NCBI GenBank assembly: GCA_963837955.1
Contig: CAWIPH010000002.1
Span: 3,680,001 to 3,744,000, forward strand
Source of the DNA: an uncultured Verrucomicrobiae bacterium
GTDB lineage: Bacteria > Verrucomicrobiota > Verrucomicrobiia > Chthoniobacterales > JAFAMB01
Direction: 5' to 3'
DNA length: 64,000 nucleotides
Shown: positions 56,987 to 64,000 of the stretch, piece by piece
Layout of the letters: every line of letters begins with the position of its first letter
Numbering within the stretch: position 1 is the stretch's first letter
Notes under the pieces: generated by a model
Databases searched by the model: none
The model's input: only the letters and a program-made list of their open reading frames with translations
Told to the model about the DNA's origin: nothing
Position numbers and translations under genes: made by a program

Positions 56987-57481
56987 TCAGTGCGTCAGAT
57001 CCTGGTCGGCGGGCACTTTATCTAAGCCCTCTAATTTAATAATTGTAATCCCTTTGCCAGACTCGACCGTGGCAGAGACTTTTGGATCGATGGTTGTCGT
57101 TTTCAAGACTTCCGCGACGTAACCGGATCCCGGGTCAGACAAGTCTCCATGCGGTATCAATACGACAAATAGCGCGGTTCCCACGGCCAGCGCGCCGAGG
57201 CCGCCCCAAGCAAGTCGGGGAATTCCGAACCAACGTCCTCCCGCTGCCGGAGCCCGATCCGGGACCGGAGCTTGGGCAATTTGCCTGAGTAGTTCCGCAT
57301 TAAAGAAATCCGCATTCGTCAGCTCAACCGGGACGAGATTATCTCGAAGCACTCCCCTTAGTTTCAGCCACTCTGTCTTTTTCGCAGCCAAAGCGGGCTC
57401 CTCCTGTTCGAAAATCGCTGCCTCCCGCTCATTCAGCAAGCCGTCAAGGTAGGCGGTATAACGCTCCTCAAAGGTTTTCAT
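56987..57481 (-). CDS. putative anti-sigma factor
   Basis: TAYLDGLL N-terminus, single TM, downstream of the ECF sigma. Confidence 0.75.
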   Translation of the reverse strand: MKTFEERYTAYLDGLLNEREAAIFEQEEPALAAKKTEWLKLRGVLRDNLVPVELTNADFFNAELLRQIAQAPVPDRAPAAGGRWFGIPRLAWGGLGALAVGTALFVVLIPHGDLSDPGSGYVAEVLKTTTIDPKVSATVESGKGITIIKLEGLDKVPADQDLTH

Positions 57482-58115
57482 AGACATCTCTCAAAAGGGT
57501 TTGCAGCTTCTTCCGGGCATAAAACAGGCGAGACATTACGGTCCCAATCGAGCACCCAAGAATGTCAGCAATCTCACTATATTGTAAATCCTGGATTTCC
57601 TTCATTATGATGACCGCCCGGTGCTCCGGGGAAAGTTTGCTGATTGCCGCTTCGATTCGCTGACGCACCTCGGCCCGTTCCATGGTGAGATCCGGTAACG
57701 GCACAGACGCGGGCGTGGTGCGAGAACCGGGTTCAACCTCATTTGGTGCCACCCGATCATCGAACTCCGTGTCGCTTCGAAAGTTCTTCCGGCGCAAGGC
57801 ATCGATCGTGACATTGGTCATGATTCGATACAGCCAGGTATAAAACGAAGATTGGCCCTTAAAACGATGGATTGAACGCCATGCCTTGAGGAATCCCTCC
57901 TGGGCGAGATCCCAGGCATCTTGTTCGTTCTGGACCATACCGTATATCATGGAAAACACCTTCGAGCGGTACTTAGTGACAAGCTCGTCAAAGGCTCCGG
58001 TTTCACCCGCCTGACAACGTTTCACCAGATCGAAATCGTCCGGCTCCGCCGATCCAATTCGATAGTCACCCGCCAAATCTTTAGACGGGGGACCGAGGAA
58101 TTCATTCAAACCCAC
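57468..58115 (-). CDS. ECF RNA polymerase sigma factor (RpoE-like)
   Basis: DLAQEGFLKAW, FYTWLYRI, YSEIA..GTVMSRL. Confidence 0.95.
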   Translation of the reverse strand: MGLNEFLGPPSKDLAGDYRIGSAEPDDFDLVKRCQAGETGAFDELVTKYRSKVFSMIYGMVQNEQDAWDLAQEGFLKAWRSIHRFKGQSSFYTWLYRIMTNVTIDALRRKNFRSDTEFDDRVAPNEVEPGSRTTPASVPLPDLTMERAEVRQRIEAAISKLSPEHRAVIIMKEIQDLQYSEIADILGCSIGTVMSRLFYARKKLQTLLRDVYENL

Positions 58116-58145
58116 AAACCAAGCATCCTAATATCACAGGTGGGA

Positions 58146-58778
58146 TTACCTACCGTAGCGACGCCGCCATTCTGCCCTGAGTTCACCCATCAAAACAATG
58201 ATTCCGTCTCGGACCTGGAATAGCCGTTGATAAAGGTTCTCGAACTGGGAGCGCTTGAGAATCCCTTCTCGATCCATCCGGGTGGCCGCTTCGAGAGCGG
58301 TAGATATCGCGCCGAGCGCACGTTTTAAGTAGGCGATGGTCATGCCGATCTCTTCGCTTTCCTGATCGCTCAACGCGGCCGCCAGTTTTGCGCTGGCTAC
58401 CGCTACGTGAGAAGCCAAACGCACCCCGCTGGGATTCGATGCGGCGATGGGCGCTTCATCAAAAAGTTGATCGATCCAGACCGTCAAAGAAAATGCACTT
58501 TGGTAAAGTGGGTGCGACTCGAACGTTTCGCGGAGATCTTCATCGTTGTCATCCCCAGCGTCACCTTCAAATTCGATTTCTTCTAATTCGTCCGAAGTCG
58601 GTTCCAGAAGATGTGGCCATCCCATTTCTCGGGCGATGATTTGATCGCGGTTGGGGTCGTCGATATACTTCTCGAACAGCTCCATGTAGCGTTCCGTCTT
58701 GCTGTCCTGCTGTTGAAGAAACCGCTCCCAATCGTACTCGTCCCAAGCAGGTTCTGGCTCATCAAAATAATCAGCCAT
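58146..58778 (-). CDS. acidic hypothetical protein
   Basis: 210-aa ATG ORF in operon with rlmN. Confidence 0.8.
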   Translation of the reverse strand: MADYFDEPEPAWDEYDWERFLQQQDSKTERYMELFEKYIDDPNRDQIIAREMGWPHLLEPTSDELEEIEFEGDAGDDNDEDLRETFESHPLYQSAFSLTVWIDQLFDEAPIAASNPSGVRLASHVAVASAKLAAALSDQESEEIGMTIAYLKRALGAISTALEAATRMDREGILKRSQFENLYQRLFQVRDGIIVLMGELRAEWRRRYGR

Positions 58779-58787
58779 AGGCGACCT

Positions 58788-59876
58788 TTATCTCACCTCG
58801 GACAAGCCTGCAAAGCTTTTATCGCGTAGTGTTTGGAGGCGCAATTGACCGCAGGCTGCGTCGATATCGTGTCCCTTTTCGCGCCTAATCGTCGCGTCTA
58901 CGCCACTACGCTGGAGGGTTCTTAAGAAAATGTTCTGCCGGTTCAACGAAGGGCGCTTCCAGGGCAACCCTTCCACTTTGTTGTAAGGAATCAGATTCAC
59001 TTTTGCCTTGAGTCGTGAGGCAAGACTAGCCAACGCTATTGCCTGGTCTATTTGGTCATTGACGTTTTCGATCAGGATATATTCGAACGTGAGCCGTTGT
59101 TTCTTTTTCTCCGTGAAATAGACGCATGCTTCCAATAATGACGCCAGGTTGTATTTGCGATTGACCGGCATGATCTGATTGCGCACATCGTCTGTCGCCC
59201 CGTGCAAAGAGATCGCGAGCCGAATCTGCAATGGATGTTCCGCCAGCTGCCGAATTCGGGGCGCGAGCCCGCTAGTTGAAACGGTGATATGCCTGGCTCC
59301 GATACCCAAACCCCAGGGTGCATTGATAATCTCAATTGCCCGCATCACATTCGAAAAATTGGCCAGTGGCTCCCCCATCCCCATAAAAACTAAATTATTG
59401 ATCTTCTCGCCCGTGATCGCTTCAACCTGAATAATCTGCTCGACGATTTCGCCCGCGACCAGATCTCGAGTCCAACCATCCAGGCCACTCGCGCAAAATT
59501 TGCATCCGTAAGCACAGCCGACCTGAGTGGAAATGCACAGGGTCCTACGATCTGAGCTCGATCCGTAGAGAGCTGGGCTGGCCGGAATCAAAACCGATTC
59601 CACCAGGTTTTGGTCCGGCAACGAAAAAAGAAATTTGCGGGTCGTGTCTTTCGAGCCGGTCTGCCGGACGCAACGGAGCGAACGCAGCCTAAAAGATGAA
59701 TCCAGGTGCGCCCGCAACATTTCCGGCAAATTGGACATCTGGTCGAATCGTTCGACTCGCTTCCGATAAATCCAACGGAGCACCTGGTCACTTCGGTATC
59801 GGCTCTCCCCTTTTGCGGCAAACCAATCCCGCACTTCACTTTCCGCGAGATTTAAGATCGGCCCTTGAGGTTCCAT
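58788..59876 (-). CDS. rlmN: 23S rRNA A2503 C2-methyltransferase (radical SAM)
   Basis: CISTQVGCAYGCKFCAS, MGMGEP, DIDAACGQL. Confidence 0.97.
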   Translation of the reverse strand: MEPQGPILNLAESEVRDWFAAKGESRYRSDQVLRWIYRKRVERFDQMSNLPEMLRAHLDSSFRLRSLRCVRQTGSKDTTRKFLFSLPDQNLVESVLIPASPALYGSSSDRRTLCISTQVGCAYGCKFCASGLDGWTRDLVAGEIVEQIIQVEAITGEKINNLVFMGMGEPLANFSNVMRAIEIINAPWGLGIGARHITVSTSGLAPRIRQLAEHPLQIRLAISLHGATDDVRNQIMPVNRKYNLASLLEACVYFTEKKKQRLTFEYILIENVNDQIDQAIALASLASRLKAKVNLIPYNKVEGLPWKRPSLNRQNIFLRTLQRSGVDATIRREKGHDIDAACGQLRLQTLRDKSFAGLSEVR

Positions 59877-60026
59877 AGCTGGCGTCGATAAGCTCTCACA
59901 GTCGCAATGAAGATCAACCGGGCCCGGTTAGATCCGGCGGACCATGTCTCTGGCAACTTTGGACGTGGTCGACGTTTTCGGCTGGACGGGATCCCTGTCC
60001 GCGTGAATTCTTCCGCCCTGGCAAAC

Positions 60027-60533
60027 ATGAGGAGTTACGAAATTTTCGGTGCATGTTCGGCTGAATTGGCGAACGCCATCTTCGCCTACCTGCACGAGCA
60101 CGAGAAACCGGTATATCGAGCGATTATCCAAAATCTGGCTAACCAGCGGAAACTGCGCCCGATCTTCGTCGAACGAAAACCAAAAACGGAGCGCCACGAG
60201 TGGCTCCAGCAAGCACTGAGCCGGAAACCGGCGGATGACGTCGCGGCGCAGACCCTTCAGATCTGGTTGCTAGGCGCGCAAAAAGATTTGATTTGCGAAT
60301 TCCTCGATGCACTGGAAATCCCGCATGACGGAAAAGGGTTCGTGGATGCGCTTCCGCCGGAGCCATCCGGCGATAAGCTCAAAATAGCGGTTGATCAATT
60401 ACTCCAACGCCATCGACCAGAGATCGTAGCGGTCTACTTGCAAGTGTTTCAGACCATGGACGACGCGGGCTGGAAAGGATTGGCCGAGATCCTTGCCACC
60501 GATCCTCGCTTGAAGGTCGGAGTGACGGAGTGA
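60027..60533 (+). CDS. hypothetical protein
   Basis: ATG ORF; FLDALEIPHDGKG. Confidence 0.75.
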   Translation: MRSYEIFGACSAELANAIFAYLHEHEKPVYRAIIQNLANQRKLRPIFVERKPKTERHEWLQQALSRKPADDVAAQTLQIWLLGAQKDLICEFLDALEIPHDGKGFVDALPPEPSGDKLKIAVDQLLQRHRPEIVAVYLQVFQTMDDAGWKGLAEILATDPRLKVGVTE

Positions 60534-60577
60534 CGGAACCGAGGGAGCGACCAGTTTTGTTCGGCGGGATAGCCGGT

Positions 60578-60896
60578 AGCGCCGAAGGCGTGTCTCAAGA
60601 TAGCCTAGGGTGAAGCCCTAGGAACCGGGCACCCCCCAACGAGCACGCACTGAAGGTGCGTTTCAATTTTAGCCTAGTCCCAGACATATCGTTCGAACGG
60701 CACACGTTAACGTCGTTTTAGAAAGAAATTCTTCTTCGGACGAGATTTTGCGGCGATGAACCAGAAGATTTGCCAACGATCGTGGCACATGTTTACAACA
60801 TCATACGTATATGTGTTGTCACGCGCTTTCAGCGCTTGATCGCCTATTTTCCCGGTTCCTAGGGCTTCACCCTAGGCTATCTTGAGACACGCCTTC
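60578..60896. mobile_element. family B MITE/REPIN with perfect 46-bp inverted repeats enclosing a TnpA remnant
   Basis: 60584-60629 is the reverse complement of 60851-60896. Confidence 0.85.
60674..60788 (-). pseudogene. internally deleted IS200/RAYT-type Y1 transposase stub
   Basis: GTG-PRSLANLLVH joined to RRKISSEEEFL / FLKR..VPFERYVWD*. Confidence 0.7.
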
Positions 60897-61041
60897 CGCC
60901 TTCGCAAAGCTTCCGCACGAATGGTCATTGCAACGAATGCTTCGGCGGACAAGTCGGCGCTCGGCTTCCCGCCGCAACTCCTCCACGCCGCTCGCTCCAT
61001 CAGTCCGCCACGCCGTCACGCCGATACGCCGGCACGCCGCT

Positions 61042-61169
61042 CACTCCATCACTCCATCACTCCATCACTCCATCACTCCATCACTCCATTCCTCCATCAC
61101 GCCATCACTCCATCACGCCATCACTCCATCACGCCATCACTCCATCACTCCATCACTCCATCACTCCAT
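61042..61169. repeat. octamer tandem array, 16 x CAC(T/G)CCAT (one variant unit)
   Basis: counted directly. Confidence 0.9.
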
Positions 61170-61197
61170 CACGCCGCCACGCCGATACGTCTCTCCC

Positions 61198-61917
61198 CTA
61201 CCCTCCCCGACGGGAACGGGATCGGAGATTCAAAACCTCGACCATCATCGAGAACGCCATGGCAAAATAGACATATCCTCTATCGATATGTTGTCCGAGG
61301 CCGTCGGCTACGAGGACGACTCCGATGAGAAACAGGAACGCGAGCGCTAGAATCCGGATGGTCGGGTAACGGTTCACCCAGGCGCTAATCAAACCGGACG
61401 CTGCTAACATGACGAGCACAGACAAAATGATCGCGCCGATCATCACTGCCAGCAGTTGCGCCATACCGACCACGGTAATAACCGAGTCAAGGGAGAAAAC
61501 GATATCGAGCAAAATGATTTGGACGATCACCGAGAAGAATCTTTGTCTTCTGGGCAGCGGCGCTCCACGCGGCGTACCCTCCATCTTTTCATGAATCTCC
61601 CGAGTACTCTTCGCGATTAAGAAAAGTCCGCCGGCCGTTAATATGATGTCGCGCCCATTCATCGATCGGCCGAAGATCGTGATCCAAGGCTGGTGCAGGG
61701 TCATCAACCAATTGATACTTAACAGAAGCAGAATCCGGGTGATTAAAGCGAGTGATAGACCGACCGTCCGCGCCCGGCGCTGTTGGTTTGCAGGTAATTT
61801 GCCTGCAAGAATAGAGATGACGATAATGTTATCAATTCCCAGAACAATTTCGAGAAAGGTGAGGGTCGCCAGACTAACCCAGGCACTCGGCTGGAAAAGC
61901 GAGTAAAAGAATTCCAT
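61198..61917 (-). CDS. TerC family membrane protein
   Basis: [32 protein letters not shown]. Confidence 0.94.
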   Translation of the reverse strand: MEFFYSLFQPSAWVSLATLTFLEIVLGIDNIIVISILAGKLPANQQRRARTVGLSLALITRILLLLSINWLMTLHQPWITIFGRSMNGRDIILTAGGLFLIAKSTREIHEKMEGTPRGAPLPRRQRFFSVIVQIILLDIVFSLDSVITVVGMAQLLAVMIGAIILSVLVMLAASGLISAWVNRYPTIRILALAFLFLIGVVLVADGLGQHIDRGYVYFAMAFSMMVEVLNLRSRSRRGG

Positions 61918-61923
61918 TTCGCG

Positions 61924-62340
61924 ATGAAAACCTACCGGAAAGAGCTGAGTTTCGAGACAAAAAAACGCCGCGAATTCATCCGAATCACACCGGAGATAGA
62001 ATCTTGTCTACGCGAGAGTGGAGTGCGGGAAGGCTTAGTATTGGTAAACGCCATGCATATCACTGCTAGCGTGTTCATCAATGACAACGAATCTGGTCTT
62101 CATTCGGATTTTGAAAAGTGGCTGGAAAAACTCGCACCAGAGCTTCCTCACTCCCAATATGCTCATAATGGCGCTGAAGATAACGCGGACGCTCATCTGA
62201 AGCGTTCGATCATGGGCAGGGAAGTCATAATCGCCATCACCAATGGTAAGCTGGATTTCGGGCCTTGGGAGGAAGTCTTTTATGGCGAATTCGATGGAAA
62301 GCGTCGCAAACGTGTTCTGATAAAAATTATTGGCGAATGA
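61924..62340 (+). CDS. yjbQ: YjbQ/UPF0047 family protein
   Basis: [27 protein letters not shown]. Confidence 0.93.
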   Translation: MKTYRKELSFETKKRREFIRITPEIESCLRESGVREGLVLVNAMHITASVFINDNESGLHSDFEKWLEKLAPELPHSQYAHNGAEDNADAHLKRSIMGREVIIAITNGKLDFGPWEEVFYGEFDGKRRKRVLIKIIGE

Positions 62341-63353
62341 ACCTCGAAGAAGAGATTCTTTCCTTTCTGGAGCGCCCTCAACCGGAGCGCTTCGAGGAAC
62401 TCGCCATTCGGCTCTACCATATTCAGCGTGCGAAGAATCGTCCCTACGATCTCTATTGTCGCGCTCTTGGTATCCCGAATGAGGTCTCTTCATGGAAAGA
62501 GATTCCTGGCCTGCCGCAACAAGCATTCAAACATTCCGAAATTCGAAGTTTCCCGGCAGAGGAAACACGTTTCGAATTTCGGACCAGCGGAACGACCGGA
62601 GAGGGATACGGGCGCCATTTTCTTCCGTCACTCGATCTATATAAGAAAGCGGTGTTGCAGGGTTGGGATCACGCCCAGTTACCGCGTTACCCAATCGGAT
62701 TGCTGATGCCCACCGCAGTTCAAAATCCCTATTCTTCTTTAGCCCGAATGGGAGCTTTCTTGAGTGAAGATGTCGAGCACCAATACTTTTGGCAAGATCC
62801 GGGACGCCTCGATTTGACCAATCTCCGCAATTTCATCGCTCGAGCGCGTGGACCGGTCATTCTTTTCGGAACCGCTTTAGCCTTCCTGGATCTTTTGGAA
62901 TCAGGCCGGTCCCAGCTTTCACTACCCGAGCAAAGCCTGGTCATGGAAACCGGCGGATTTAAAGGGAGTAACCGAACAATCGAGAAGAGCGAACTTTACC
63001 AGCAGCTCTCGGATTACTTCGGGATTCCGGCCGATAGCATCTGGAATGAATACGGGATGACGGAGCTTAGCTCGCAATTCTATGCATCCGGTGTCGACCG
63101 CTCGCATACGGGGCCGCCCTGGACTGGCGTAGTCATTATTGATCCGGCCACAAATCGAGAGGCCTCAGTTGGGGAGATTGGCATGGTTCGGATCATTGAT
63201 CTGGTTAACATCTGGTCCGTCCTTTCCATTCAGACTCAGGACCTGGCTCGGCGGGGATCGGGTGGGGAATTTCTTTTGCTTGGGCGGGACCCGAACGCAC
63301 TGCCGCGAGGATGTTCGCGAGCGGCAGATGAAATCCTTCAGACGGGTCGGTGA
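62337..63353 (+). CDS. LuxE-like acyl-protein synthetase
   Basis: [38 protein letters not shown]. Confidence 0.88.
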   Translation: MNLEEEILSFLERPQPERFEELAIRLYHIQRAKNRPYDLYCRALGIPNEVSSWKEIPGLPQQAFKHSEIRSFPAEETRFEFRTSGTTGEGYGRHFLPSLDLYKKAVLQGWDHAQLPRYPIGLLMPTAVQNPYSSLARMGAFLSEDVEHQYFWQDPGRLDLTNLRNFIARARGPVILFGTALAFLDLLESGRSQLSLPEQSLVMETGGFKGSNRTIEKSELYQQLSDYFGIPADSIWNEYGMTELSSQFYASGVDRSHTGPPWTGVVIIDPATNREASVGEIGMVRIIDLVNIWSVLSIQTQDLARRGSGGEFLLLGRDPNALPRGCSRAADEILQTGR

Positions 63354-63357
63354 GAGC

Positions 63358-64000
63358 ATGAATTTCTATGAGCGAATTTCCGCCATCGCTAAGTCCGCCG
63401 AATCGTTTCCCTGGCTGGGCGAAATCACCCCACAGCTTCTGTGCGACTGGGTAACGCGAGAACTCGGAGTCGAGTTCATGACTTCATCCTGGGCACAATA
63501 TGGAGATCGGCAACGACAACTCGTTCCTTGCTCGCCCATTCTCCACATCGTCTCTGGAGAAACTCCCCACGCAGCCCTTCAAAGCTTAATCCGCGGCATT
63601 CTGGTCGGTGCCGAAAATTGGGTCAAACTCCCTTCGACCGATTTGGCCGAACTGCGCACCTTTGCCGAGTCTTTACCGAAAGAGCTTCAGCCAAATCTTT
63701 CGTGCCGGCTTCTGCCTGACTGGTTGGATAACGCAGCGACCGTTGTCGTGTTCGGTTCCGATGCCACGATCCAGGAATTCGCGAGCCGAGCGCGGCCATG
63801 GCAGCGGTTTGTCCCGCACGGACATAAAATCAGTTTTGCATTGATCTTAGAGCGGTGGACGCAGACCGAGGTCTCAGCTGTAATTCGAGATGGCTTCGCA
63901 TTTGATCAATTGGGTTGTCTCTCTCCGCAGTTCTTTCTGGTCAAAGAAGGCGCCAGTTACTTCGCGGAACAACTCGCGCAGCAACTTGACCAACATGAGC
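63358..64000 (+). CDS. LuxC-like acyl-CoA reductase (runs off the window)
   Basis: ILHIVSGETPHAALQSLIRG, VFGSDATI, HGHKISF, FDQLGCLSPQ. Confidence 0.88.
   Translation, partial: MNFYERISAIAKSAESFPWLGEITPQLLCDWVTRELGVEFMTSSWAQYGDRQRQLVPCSPILHIVSGETPHAALQSLIRGILVGAENWVKLPSTDLAELRTFAESLPKELQPNLSCRLLPDWLDNAATVVVFGSDATIQEFASRARPWQRFVPHGHKISFALILERWTQTEVSAVIRDGFAFDQLGCLSPQFFLVKEGASYFAEQLAQQLDQHE

Noticed and set aside
61042..61169. Possible CRISPR array
   Set aside because: 8-bp tandem units with no spacers and no cas genes
60882..61350. ORFs with HHSITPSL repeats
   Set aside because: Translations of the CACTCCAT octamer array, partly antisense to terC; not credible genes
61198..61917. Functional link between terC and the island TerY-P triad
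   Set aside because: terC is outside the island in housekeeping context and no other ter genes are present

Overview
Chromosomal window from a bacterium whose gene content suggests Verrucomicrobia/Chthoniobacterales (inference). Bases 1-27.5 kb and 54.7-64 kb hold mostly intact housekeeping genes: dapA, dapB, folK, panB, accA, acpP, uvrB, holA, nadD, rsfS, cinA, a sugar ABC transporter, an ECF sigma/anti-sigma pair, rlmN, terC, yjbQ and luxE/luxC-like genes. Their intergenic spaces carry several REP/MITE families. One of these still contains the fused N- and C-terminal stubs of an IS200/RAYT-type TnpA. The centre is a ~20.7 kb element integrated in tRNA-Ile2(CAT), bounded by a 45-bp att direct repeat (33929-33973 / 54613-54657). 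Its layout resembles a phage satellite (PICI-like): integrase with arm-type repeats, divergent HTH regulators, a primase-SF3 helicase followed by iterons, a site with lambda cosQ-cosN geometry, and tandem Nu1/TerS-like genes, but no recognisable capsid, portal or large terminase. Its cargo includes a TerY-P (vWA-PP2C-kinase) triad with a frameshifted kinase, two HEPN-like genes and several exported proteins. The left flank (27.5-33.9 kb) holds a TIR-TolB-TPR gene and relics of a probable older related element. All calls come from reading motifs; no database searches were run.
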